Shown here: piece after piece, positions 38,675 to 47,830 of the stretch
How positions within the stretch are numbered: the stretch's first letter is position 1
How the letters are laid out: each line of letters starts with the position of its first letter
From: an uncultured Verrucomicrobiae bacterium
GTDB taxonomy: Bacteria; Verrucomicrobiota; Verrucomicrobiia; Opitutales; JABDGR01
Direction of reading: 5' to 3'
Length of the DNA: 64,000 nt
Assembly: GCA_963765205.1 (NCBI GenBank)
Contig: CAVXVB010000009.1
Coordinates: 1,024,001 to 1,088,000 of the forward strand
Made by a program: the position numbers and the translations under genes
The notes under the pieces: model-generated
What the model was told of the DNA's origin: nothing
Seen by the model: the letters and a program-made list of their open reading frames with translations, nothing else
Databases searched by the model: none

Positions 38675-41161
38675 TCAAGGCGAGGAGCCGGCCGCAGGTT
38701 TATCGCCGGGTTTTGTGCCCTTGTCAAAAGGGTTTGCTCCCGTCTGGACTGTAAAAGTCGGTCGTACGGCTTTCTGGCCGGGCTGAGCGGGTGGGGTCAC
38801 GGCCTCGGCCTGACGGGTGTCGAGGTGGATGATCACATCGGCGTGATTCAGGTTCAAATTGCGGGCCGGGTCCACCACCACGACATTTTCCGAGAGCGTG
38901 GCAATCGGTGGTTTCTGGTTCGGCAAAATCTCCGCGTGGTCGGCGGTGGAAACCATCGTGCCTTGCACGATCCGCACCGCGCCCTCCATGAGGATGCGCT
39001 CCAGCGTCATCTTGGTGGCGCCGGGTTGGGTTGGATCCGTCTCCGTCGCAGGCACACCGAAGGCGATCATCTTATCGCAACTCGCCGTCATGCTGCCGCC
39101 GTCCACTTGCACGTTACCCTCGAAATAATAAGTGCTGTTGGTGGGGCTGCTTAACAACGACTGCTGGTCGCTCGAGATGATGGTCGGCGTGGTGTTGGGC
39201 GTGACGGTCAATCCGCCCGTCGGCGTGGAGCCCAGGTTTACCCCATGCAAGGGTGGCAGCTCGACCTCGGGCCGCGTGGGGCCAGTGGCTCCCTCCGAGG
39301 CGCCATACAATTGCACCGAGCGGTAGGATTGCGCGTCCGCCGCCGCGCCGGTCGTATCCACGCTGGCCCGCGGAAAAATCTCCGCGCGCGCGGCGTGCGC
39401 CTGATAGTCGTTTTGGGTGATTTCCACCTGGTTGCGCGCCACCAATTCCCGAATCTTGTCAAACTGGGCCGCGGGTGCAAGGGGGTCCGCTGCTGGCGAC
39501 GACGGCGCATTGTCGGTGTCCGCCTCGAGCGTTTGGCACTTGAGTTCCAAATCGCTCGCGTGGGCAAGAACATTTCCATTGAAGGTGAAAACGGTGGTGT
39601 TTGCGTTCCGCTGCATTTCCACGTGGTCGCTAGTCACCATCGTTTTTTCGTCCGGACCCGATGCACTCCCCAAACCCGGGATCGTCGGCAACTGCAATCG
39701 CACCGGGTGTTCCGTGCTCCCGGTCACGCTCGCGGATTGCCCGTCGCGGGCGAGCGTGATGCGTTCGCCCTCCAGCACCGCTGAACTTTGCGTATCCACC
39801 ACTCGCGGGCCGCCACTGAGGAGGACTTCATTCTGCGCGGGCAGAATCTCTGCCTGCGGTGTGCGGGTGACCAAAATCGGCTGCTGGTTGGTGGCGTTGC
39901 CATATTGCCGGATGGTCACGTTGCCGTGCATTCCCAGATGGTTCAATTGGCCAACTTGCGGCAGGTCGGCGGCCACCCCTGAACTCGGGGCGCTGATGAC
40001 CGCAGGGGCGACCGGGTTGAACTCCGCGTCGAGTTGGTCCGCGTCCACAGTCAAGTCGGGGTCTTCGACATGAACGGATTTTTCGACATCAAAGCGGCGC
40101 TGGCTTAGGCCAAATTGGCCGCGCAAGGATGCGCCCGTGATGACAAGCCGCGCCGGATCGGCCTCCCCCCTTGCTGGCGCAACCGCCTGGTAAGTTACCA
40201 GCGGGGGCAGGGACACCCGCACCCGACCCGGCGCACCGGGCGCATCCGTCGGCGGGTCCACCTGAATCTCCTGCTGGTCGCGAAACCAGGTGATCACGCC
40301 CCCCTCCACAATCGAGTCACTCTTGTGATCCCGCATCTGCGGCGAGCCCGACAACACGACGCGATGCTCCGCGGGAAACATTTCCGCCTGCTGGCCATTC
40401 GCGTCGAGATCACCCTGGGTAACCTCCACCTGGTCCGTGGCCACGATGTGCTCGACCGGTCCCACCTCCAAACTCGCGGGTGGGGCGATCGCGCGCGCTT
40501 CCGCGGGCGCCGCCGGGTTCGCCGCGGCGCTGCGCTCGGCGAGCACCACCAGCCGCTGGCAGGTCGTGCGGCTGTCGCCATCCTTGACATTGACGTTGCC
40601 CGAAAAATCAAACTCGTTTTGCGGCCGGCCCTGAGCGTCGGCTTTCTGATAGATATCCAACTCATCGCTCAATATTAGAATTGGCGGTGCGGCGGTCGCC
40701 GCCGACTTGCCTTGGAAATTGACATAAACGCTGCGGCCCAAATGAATGTGCTGGTTGGTGGCGTCCTTGCCGTCCCAAAACCAGTCGTTGCCCGTCACCT
40801 GATAGCTGTCGTTGGCACCATAGATATACAATTTGTCGCTGCCCCGCACCAGGCTCTGGCCGGTTTCCACCGTCGCCTGCGAGCTGACGATAGTGGTTTC
40901 TATCGGCAGCGACGAACCGCCCGCATACAAAAGCAGTTTCATGCCTGTAATCTCCACCGGGACGTTTTCTGCCGTGGCCCGCTGCGCCTTTGCCCCGGAA
41001 ATATCCCAAGTCTTGTAACCATCCGGGCCATAGCCGCCGGCAAATTGGAAATCCGTCATGCTGCCCGGGCCGGGTGGCGACGAGGCCGCAGGCGCCCACG
41101 CCAGGCTCGTCAGCCAGACGGCTGCGCAGGGGAAAAATTTCGCGGAAGAACAAGCCCTCAT
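38675..41161 (-). CDS. LptC-like plus four LptA/OstA-like beta-jellyroll domains in one polypeptide
   Basis: Directly upstream of lptB; repeated 'I.SD.....F.GNV......C..L...A...V.I.Q...A..AE' pattern; start at 41161 inferred. Confidence 0.75.
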   Translation of the reverse strand: MRACSSAKFFPCAAVWLTSLAWAPAASSPPGPGSMTDFQFAGGYGPDGYKTWDISGAKAQRATAENVPVEITGMKLLLYAGGSSLPIETTIVSSQATVETGQSLVRGSDKLYIYGANDSYQVTGNDWFWDGKDATNQHIHLGRSVYVNFQGKSAATAAPPILILSDELDIYQKADAQGRPQNEFDFSGNVNVKDGDSRTTCQRLVVLAERSAAANPAAPAEARAIAPPASLEVGPVEHIVATDQVEVTQGDLDANGQQAEMFPAEHRVVLSGSPQMRDHKSDSIVEGGVITWFRDQQEIQVDPPTDAPGAPGRVRVSLPPLVTYQAVAPARGEADPARLVITGASLRGQFGLSQRRFDVEKSVHVEDPDLTVDADQLDAEFNPVAPAVISAPSSGVAADLPQVGQLNHLGMHGNVTIRQYGNATNQQPILVTRTPQAEILPAQNEVLLSGGPRVVDTQSSAVLEGERITLARDGQSASVTGSTEHPVRLQLPTIPGLGSASGPDEKTMVTSDHVEMQRNANTTVFTFNGNVLAHASDLELKCQTLEADTDNAPSSPAADPLAPAAQFDKIRELVARNQVEITQNDYQAHAARAEIFPRASVDTTGAAADAQSYRSVQLYGASEGATGPTRPEVELPPLHGVNLGSTPTGGLTVTPNTTPTIISSDQQSLLSSPTNSTYYFEGNVQVDGGSMTASCDKMIAFGVPATETDPTQPGATKMTLERILMEGAVRIVQGTMVSTADHAEILPNQKPPIATLSENVVVVDPARNLNLNHADVIIHLDTRQAEAVTPPAQPGQKAVRPTFTVQTGANPFDKGTKPGDKPAAGSSP

Positions 41162-41169
41162 GCAAGGCA

Positions 41170-41207
41170 GTGTGAAGTGTGGAATGTGAAGTGTGAAGTG
41201 TGAAGTT
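41170..41207. repeat. Heptamer tandem repeat (GTGTGAA)n
   Basis: gtgtgaa gtgtgga atgtgaa gtgtgaa gtgtgaa. Confidence 0.8.
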
Positions 41208-41344
41208 GGGTGCAAAACCAACCAAACCGCCATTTCCCAAGCTCGGTTCCCCGTTTCACCATCCGCCTGGTTGCTGCCCTGCTCCATCGTTTGCTTTGCT
41301 TTTCTACGTTTCTTAATTCTTAATTCATGCTTCTTAATTTCCTG

Positions 41345-41734
41345 ATGAACGTCTCCCGCGCTGAAGTCGCCAAACGCTGCCTTCTGCTGCACTGTCCGAA
41401 TTGCGACAGTGGTGGCCAGTTGCGCTCCTGGTTCAGGCTCCATCCTCAATGTCCGCACTGTGGCCTTGCGCACGGCGGCGAAGATGGTTTCACACTCGGC
41501 ACCACGTCCATTGGCTATGTCGTCGCGTTTCTTTTCGTGGTGTTGCCCGTGTGCGGGCTGGTCGTGCTCAACTTCCTGCCGGTCTGGCTCGGCGTCGTCC
41601 TGGGCATCGCCGGTTCCGCCGCCGTCTCCATCGGGTTGTATCCCGTCTTCCTCGGCTGGGTGCTGATGATGTATTACGTTCCCACCGCCGAGCATCTGCC
41701 GGTCAACCAGAAAAGACCTGGCGCAATCCAATAG
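41345..41734 (+). CDS. DUF983-like membrane protein with two CxxC motifs
   Basis: CPNC...CPHCG followed by two hydrophobic helices. Confidence 0.75.
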   Translation: MNVSRAEVAKRCLLLHCPNCDSGGQLRSWFRLHPQCPHCGLAHGGEDGFTLGTTSIGYVVAFLFVVLPVCGLVVLNFLPVWLGVVLGIAGSAAVSIGLYPVFLGWVLMMYYVPTAEHLPVNQKRPGAIQ

Positions 41735-41794
41735 GGAAACCATCCGGCGTCTTTTTCGCTGAGCATATGGGCGGAAGGGAAATCCTGCTCCTGG

Positions 41795-42094
41795 TTAACG
41801 TCCCCAATCGTCCCGCGGCTGGTTATCCCGCGCGCCAGCATCGCGTGGACCGCCACCATGGTCGCCGCCCACCACAATCGGAACCACAATTTCGCCTCCC
41901 AAAACCATCGTCGGCTCCGGCTCCACATACACCGGCACTGGCTCAATATAGACCGGCGGGGGCGTCACATAGACTACGGGCGGGGACGCCGCCACCACCA
42001 CCGGGGGCGGGGCGGGCACATACGTGCCACCGGTCGCTGACCGCGCACCGCAGCCGCTCAATGCCAGCATCCCGAGGAGCATGGCGCCCAGCAT
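41795..42094 (-). CDS. Pro-rich hypothetical lipoprotein (start uncertain)
   Basis: LSGC lipobox; PPPVVV/PPVVY/PPVY repeats. Confidence 0.55.
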   Translation of the reverse strand: MLGAMLLGMLALSGCGARSATGGTYVPAPPPVVVAASPPVVYVTPPPVYIEPVPVYVEPEPTMVLGGEIVVPIVVGGDHGGGPRDAGARDNQPRDDWGR

Positions 42095-42250
42095 CCCGCA
42101 AGGATTGTTCAGGCAAAAACTTTTATGGTTATCATGCCATCATGATACCCTGCCACCGCCATCCGCGCCATGGGGCATTACCCGACCTAATTTTGACTAC
42201 TGGTTACTTCCCCAAAACGGGTGCCAGCCATTATCCCGCCTCCCCCAGTG

Positions 42251-43546
42251 TTATTTCTTCGCGAGCAATTGCCCGGTGGCAGTGCGATCAAGGCCCAGCG
42301 CCTGCGCGGTCGCCGACTCGTCGTCCTCGCAAAGAATGGCCGTGGCCTCCGCATATTCGTCGCGCAGCCGGGACAAATGCTGGCGCAATTCCACCACCGG
42401 GGCGTGGCCGGGAAGGTTAGCCTTTTCCAGGCTCTCGCGGGTGATGGTGTTTTTGCGCGACTGGCCCAACGCACCCAAGGCCACCTGTTGCAATTCGTTG
42501 TAGTTGCCCGGCCAGGCCCGGTCACGCAGATACGATTTGGCCGAGACATCCAGCTTGGGCACCGCGCCCAGTTGGCGCGTGGCGGCTTCGCGCACGAGGA
42601 TTTGCTGCGCCAGCAAGGGAATGTCGTCCCGCGCCTCCTCCAGCCCGGGCACGGCTAGCTCGGAGGAACTGGTGAGCAAATAAAGGTTTTCATCAATCAG
42701 CCCGCGGTCATAGAGCGAATCAAGGCTTTCCGATAGGCAGAAAATAAAGCGGGTGGCCGTTTTCAGGCCGGCGAATGCTCCGTTGCGCCGTGCGATTTGC
42801 GGCAGCAGGCGCTGGCGTTCAAGGTCGAGCGTGTCCGTTTCCAGGAAACAAAGCGTCACGCGGTCGCACTCCACCTGTTCATGGAGCAGGCGCAGCAAAT
42901 TGTTCGTTTCGACCATCGTGTTCGTGAGGTAGAGAAAGCGCTCCTCAAGCTTTTCCCGCAGCGCCTCGAAGTCCCGGCACACTGCGGCGAAATTGGTCCC
43001 GCGCGGGCCGGTCAGCGTCAAATAGCTTTTAAAATTGCGCAGGGCATAAAGCTTGTGCGCGAATTCGGCCGATTTCGCGGCGCGACAGGGGAAGGAAGTA
43101 AAGGCAAAAGGCAGCGCATGGTGGAACTCGGGTTGGCCAACGGCATCTGCGTCCGGCTCGCCCGGTCGCGGGGCGGTGCCGTTGACCTGTTCAAGCAGCT
43201 TGGCCGTGCGCTTGAGCAACGAGAAAACGTTCAGCGGCTTCAGGAACACCCCACCCACCCCCTCACGGATCAAGTCACGGATCGTCTCGTTGTCCAAAAA
43301 CCCCGACACCATGATGATCGGCGTGCGCGGCTGGACCTTTTTCAGCTCCCGCAGAAAATCCTTCCCACTGATCCCCGGCATGCGCTGGTCGGTCACCACC
43401 AAATCGAAGGTGAACTGCCGGATGAGTGCCAGGGCTTTCTGCGGGTCCAACTCCGGCGTCACATTGTAACCGGCCTGGCTGAAGATATCCGTCAGCAGGC
43501 TGTTAAAGTCCATGTCGTCGTCGAGAATGAGGATGCGGTGTCCCAT
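42251..43546 (-). CDS. Response regulator with degenerate sigma54-activator (AAA+) domain and Fis-like HTH
   Basis: REC domain (ILILDDD, VVTDQRMPG, KP); DDIPLLA and WPGN..EL retained; C-terminal TAQALGLDR. Confidence 0.85.
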   Translation of the reverse strand: MGHRILILDDDMDFNSLLTDIFSQAGYNVTPELDPQKALALIRQFTFDLVVTDQRMPGISGKDFLRELKKVQPRTPIIMVSGFLDNETIRDLIREGVGGVFLKPLNVFSLLKRTAKLLEQVNGTAPRPGEPDADAVGQPEFHHALPFAFTSFPCRAAKSAEFAHKLYALRNFKSYLTLTGPRGTNFAAVCRDFEALREKLEERFLYLTNTMVETNNLLRLLHEQVECDRVTLCFLETDTLDLERQRLLPQIARRNGAFAGLKTATRFIFCLSESLDSLYDRGLIDENLYLLTSSSELAVPGLEEARDDIPLLAQQILVREAATRQLGAVPKLDVSAKSYLRDRAWPGNYNELQQVALGALGQSRKNTITRESLEKANLPGHAPVVELRQHLSRLRDEYAEATAILCEDDESATAQALGLDRTATGQLLAKK

Positions 43547-43849
43547 TGTTTATGAATAAGGCGGATTGCTGTGTGTAACGGAACTAATCTAAAGCCCAAA
43601 GCATGGAGAAAGGCGAGAAGGAAGACTACTTGGCGGGCAAATTTTGCCAAGCGCAATCCGCGCCCGGCGGCGGGCAAATACGCGGACCAACAATTGTCCG
43701 GCAAATTATCGGTGTTCCCACAGGTCGGAATCCCCGGCCTGCCCAGATGGTGCGGTCCCGTCTTTTTTGCATGCGTAAATAACTGGGTTTATTTGACGGA
43801 TAAGCACGGCGGCTGGCTCTTTCCCGCTAAATTTATTCATTTAACTTGT

Positions 43850-44571
43850 TCAGGAATAACCCTTCAACTTTTCCCTTAAGAACGCCAGGGTCAGCGCCCA
43901 GGCTTCGGCAGCGGCCTGGGGATGGTAGGTTGCGCGCTCGTCGCAGAAAAAGCCGTGGTCGGCGTAGGAGACCTCGACGTTGATATGGGGCTTGGCGGCC
44001 TGGCGGAGCGCAGCGGCGACTTGGGCGGTGTGCTCGGGCAGAATATGTTTGTCCAAACCGCCCCAGAACAGCAGCAGCGGCCCGTGCTGGGCGGGAGCGC
44101 GCTTGAGCAGGGCCGGCGCGATGCCGCCGCCGTAATACGAAATCGCCGCCCGGAAGGGGAGGATGCTGTTCGCGATGAAGGCCGTGCGCCCGCCGAGGCA
44201 ATAGCCAATGCAGGCCACGGCGCCCGCGCGCAGTTGCGGCTGCGCGTGCAGCCAGTCCCACGCCGCGCGCGAGTCGTGTTCGAGGGTGGTTTCGTTCACC
44301 GCGTTCATGTGCGGTAGCACCGAGGAAAAATCCGTGTAGGACCCGCGAAGCCTGGCGGCGCGGTGCGATGGAACAACTCGGGAGCGATGGCGAGGTAGCC
44401 TTCGGCGGCAAACCGGTCGGCCACGTCACGGATGTGGTGGTTTACGCCAAACGCCTCGGGAAACACAATCAGGCCGGGAAACGGCCCCGGACCGCGCGGA
44501 CGCGCGACGTAGGCCGCCATCGTGGTGCCGTCCCCGACTCGCAGGGTAAGGGTGGATTCGCCGGTATGCAT
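43850..44571 (-). CDS. Dienelactone hydrolase family protein (frameshift ~44343)
   Basis: EAFGVNHHIRDVADRFAAEGY, GYCLGG nucleophile, ADHGFFCD. Confidence 0.9.
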
Positions 44572-44662
44572 GGTTCACATTCAAGCACGGACGACCGTTT
44601 GAAATCAACCTGAAACGGCTTTCGGGATTGTCACCCCGCGCGAGTCGTCTATTTTCCTTGTT

Positions 44663-46546
44663 ATGCGCTTTGCCCGATTTTTCGTCCGCCTGCCCGCCCT
44701 GGCCGCTCTCTTGCTGGGCTTAACCGCCCCGCTGCGGGCGCAACCCATTCTGGGCCAGCCGCCGGCCTTGCTCAGGCAGAACAGTGGCTGGGCCTATACG
44801 CGCACGGGGATTGCGGCGGGCGTTTATAAAATCAGCAACCAGTTTGCCGTGTTTGCCGGGAGCCGCTACGGGTTCGTGCTCGGCCATCGCGTGCCGTTGG
44901 ACGACCAGGACCCGCTGCACACCGAGCCGGTGCTGAGCGATGGCGAGGTTTATGTGCCCGCTTCGTTTGCCGGCTACCTGTCGCTTCAAAGCGTGCAAGT
45001 GGACGCGCCGCCGGATTACCTGCGCGACCGGTGGGTGTATAATATCCCACGCCCGGCCTACACGCCGGCCGCCTCGGCGCGCACCATCCAGGTCAATGGC
45101 AAAACATGGGTGGATTTCGCCGACGCCGCGGCGGCCGCGGGGCTGCATTATTTCTACGATCCCAGCGGTCTGGCCTGTGCCGGGTATAAACCGGACTTCG
45201 ATTACACCTCGCACGAATTGAACCTGCTCGACGACACCATTTCCGCCTTTGACATGCCGGAAAAATTCGCCAGCGAGAAGGTCGCGTTGAAATACCTGCG
45301 GCCGCTGCCTGCGTTCGCGCCCGCGCCCAAACCGGCGGTCATCCCGCGCGCGGCGTATAATTTTGACGGCTTCGAGGTTAAGATGCTGGGCAGCCAAGTG
45401 CCAGCGCCCGGCGTTTACCCCCGCCTGCTGTTCAGCCCGGAGGATCTGCCGGCCCTCAAGGATCGCGTGACCAACAGCCGCATCATGCAGATGTCCCTCG
45501 CCGAAACGGAGGCGTTGTTGAAAGCGACCTGGTGGGATCCCAAGACGGCAGACGGGCAGATGTTTCAACGGCTTGCGGCCGGCCAGATGACTGACTACAC
45601 CGGCGAAGGCGCGGGCGCGGGAATTTTCTCCGGCAACGTGAATTACCCGACGAATTGCCTGGTTTCGATGGCGCTGTATTGCCTGCTGTCCGGCGACGAC
45701 GAGCATGGGAAGATGGCCGCTAACGCCATTTACAATTATTACAAGACCCTCGAACCGCGCGTGGATGACGTGCTCGCGGCCTCGCCGAACGAGTTCAATT
45801 TCGTGCCGACGCTGGCGAAATATACGGCGACGCTATGGCAGGGCATGGGCGACTTGGCCGCGCAACTTGATCTGGGATTGGCATTGGATTTTGCCGGGCA
45901 TTGGATGACCCCCGACCAAATTGCCTTGATGCAGCGCGTCATCGCCAAGGCGACCTATGGCCGGCGACCGACGGCGGGGAATGGCCTGAGCCATTTGCTC
46001 GCGCTGGCGGCGATTGAGGGCACGCCGGGCTTTGACGCCGAAGGCTACGCCGCCGACGCGGAACTGGCGCAGAGTTTTCTCGATTGGGGCCTTGATGAAA
46101 AGGGCCAGTTGACCGCCGATGGCTCGGCAGCGGGGAATTTGCAGTTCCAGATTTTGGCGATGGTGGTGCTGGCGCGGCGCGGCGACAACTTGTGGGGCCA
46201 TCCGCACTGGCGGAATTTTCTGAGCGGGGCGCCGGCCTCGGCCTATACGGGTCCAACTGGCACCGGCCCGGACCCGAATGACGGCGGGCCGTATGACACG
46301 CAGACCATAATCGAGCTGCACACGTTTTATCCCACCAATACTTTTGCGGATTTGATATTGAGCCGGCGACAGCCCGGCTTCGATCCGGCGAAGCTGGACC
46401 TGGCGCTCTACGACGCGCAACTGGCGAACGAAACAGCCGCGCACTTGCGCCTGTTGAGGTTGCGGCTGCCGGGGCCGTCCAATCCGGGTTACGCGCCGTC
46501 GGTGCTCTATGACAACGACTGGAAGGTTGTGACGCGGGCGGAATGA
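44663..46546 (+). CDS. Secreted protein: amine-oxidase-N/stalk-like domain plus helical polysaccharide-lyase/heparinase-N-like region
   Basis: Signal peptide; GEVYVP and NGKTWV...G....D motifs; PRLLFSPEDLPALK. Confidence 0.6.
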   Translation: MRFARFFVRLPALAALLLGLTAPLRAQPILGQPPALLRQNSGWAYTRTGIAAGVYKISNQFAVFAGSRYGFVLGHRVPLDDQDPLHTEPVLSDGEVYVPASFAGYLSLQSVQVDAPPDYLRDRWVYNIPRPAYTPAASARTIQVNGKTWVDFADAAAAAGLHYFYDPSGLACAGYKPDFDYTSHELNLLDDTISAFDMPEKFASEKVALKYLRPLPAFAPAPKPAVIPRAAYNFDGFEVKMLGSQVPAPGVYPRLLFSPEDLPALKDRVTNSRIMQMSLAETEALLKATWWDPKTADGQMFQRLAAGQMTDYTGEGAGAGIFSGNVNYPTNCLVSMALYCLLSGDDEHGKMAANAIYNYYKTLEPRVDDVLAASPNEFNFVPTLAKYTATLWQGMGDLAAQLDLGLALDFAGHWMTPDQIALMQRVIAKATYGRRPTAGNGLSHLLALAAIEGTPGFDAEGYAADAELAQSFLDWGLDEKGQLTADGSAAGNLQFQILAMVVLARRGDNLWGHPHWRNFLSGAPASAYTGPTGTGPDPNDGGPYDTQTIIELHTFYPTNTFADLILSRRQPGFDPAKLDLALYDAQLANETAAHLRLLRLRLPGPSNPGYAPSVLYDNDWKVVTRAE

Positions 46547-46547
46547 T

Positions 46548-46715
46548 TCAACGGAGGTTTTGCACCTGGCCACTGAGGTCGGCGGCGGCGACACGCTCCT
46601 CCAACTGCGCGAGGCGGTCGGTATGACGCTGTTCGAGCGCGGCGAGTGGGGCGCACCAGGCGGGGGCAGGCGAATCATGATCGGGGACATTTTCCTGTTT
46701 CGGGATTGGTTTCAT
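46548..46715 (-). CDS. Small hypothetical protein
   Basis: 55-aa ORF with coiled-coil-like LAALEQRH..RLAQLEERV. Confidence 0.3.
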   Translation of the reverse strand: MKPIPKQENVPDHDSPAPAWCAPLAALEQRHTDRLAQLEERVAAADLSGQVQNLR

Positions 46716-46819
46716 GGGGAGTATTCTTTGGCGTTTTTCGCTGGGGGAGGGGGGGGTAAATTCTGAGTGCTGAATACGGAATGGGGAGAAGAACGGGACG
46801 AGGGATTCATGTTGGGAGT

Positions 46820-46904
46820 TGCTCTGTAGAAAACAGGCATTTTCTTGATTCCAAGCAGGGGTCGTCGGCAAGCGACGGCCCTCGGGTGTTTTTTGTACAG
46901 AGCA
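46820..46904. mobile_element. MITE-like element, copy 2, with 9-bp target-site duplication
   Basis: TIRs TGCTCTGTAGAAAA / TTTTGTACAGAGCA, flanked by GTTGGGAGT at 46811-46819 and 46905-46913. Confidence 0.85.
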
Positions 46905-47092
46905 GTTGGGAGTCTAACATAAAATGTCCGGGCAGAAAATGAATGCATTGGCTCGGCTGGCTGCGTTGGATGAGTTTGATCGGTTGGGTCTTGATTATTT
47001 TTCGGTAATGGTGAACCTTTTCGAATTAGCACAGTCTATAGGGTTGAACGGTAAACTTCATTAACCTAACTCAAACCAAACCATCCCTCTCC

Positions 47093-47485
47093 ATGAAATT
47101 CATCGCTTCGCTTCCTGTGGAATTCATTCGTCATTTTCGCCTGCTGGGCATGGCGGCCATCGCTCTGGCGGGCGTGGCGCTCGCGGGGTGTGTCTTCTCG
47201 ACGAATGACACGTCGCGGGTCACGGGCAAGCAAGTAAGCGCCGATCAACTGGCGCAGGTCAAGCCCGGGGCGACGAAGGATAGCGTAGTGCAACTTTTGG
47301 GCTCTCCGAGCGACACTTTGGACTTGGGCAACGGCCAGGATGTGTGGGAATATAAGTATACGCAAAACCAGGACAAAGCGGCCAATTTCATCTTCATTTT
47401 CTCGGTGAATAAATCGTCCCATGTGGAACAGACCACGTCGGTCGAGTTCAAGGATGGCGTGGTGGTGAAGACGTGGACCAAGTGA
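47093..47485 (+). CDS. BamE/SmpA-like lipoprotein
   Basis: LAGC lipobox; VKPGATKDSVVQLLGSPS...WEY. Confidence 0.8.
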   Translation: MKFIASLPVEFIRHFRLLGMAAIALAGVALAGCVFSTNDTSRVTGKQVSADQLAQVKPGATKDSVVQLLGSPSDTLDLGNGQDVWEYKYTQNQDKAANFIFIFSVNKSSHVEQTTSVEFKDGVVVKTWTK

Positions 47486-47709
47486 GGGGGCGTGTTGCGA
47501 AAGACAGAGAGTTTAGACAGAATTAACAGAATTTTCAGAATGGAGACCGGGGAGGACGATATAGGGACTACGTGGACGGGATTGATTAGATGGACGGGAT
47601 GGACCAGATGGATGGGCTTCGACAGAAGTTCGAAGGGGTCATGGAATTGGTAATCTTGGGCGCAGGTTTCGGGTTCCGGCGGGAAAATGTAAAAAAAATT
47701 TCAGGAATC

Positions 47710-47736
47710 GAACCTGGGGCGCGGGGGGTGGTCAAA
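47710..47736 (+). promoter_or_regulatory. Putative sigmaE-type ECF promoter upstream of degP
   Basis: GAACCT-N16-TCAAA, close to the RpoE consensus GAACTT-N16-TCAAA. Confidence 0.5.
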
Positions 47737-47830
47737 TGGTCTGTTCCGCGCAAGCTGCGGTCCTTCGTTGAGGAGGCGCGGTGGGCGGAACAGGGCCGGA
47801 TTGGCCCATAACCTTCCACAACCTAACTCC

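Noticed and set aside
39613..39629. parS site near the candidate origin
   Set aside because: Only a partial palindrome (TTTCCACGTGG) inside a CDS; it does not match the 16-bp consensus.
41162..41743. 194-aa N-terminal extension of the LptA-like ORF (likewise extensions on 34391-35176, 3456-5657 and 50907-52175)
   Set aside because: The extensions run through tandem repeats or divergent genes; downstream starts are more plausible.
47026..47052. CIRCE element upstream of the bamE-like/degP genes
   Set aside because: Only TTAGCAC matches; the right arm GAGTGCTAA is absent.
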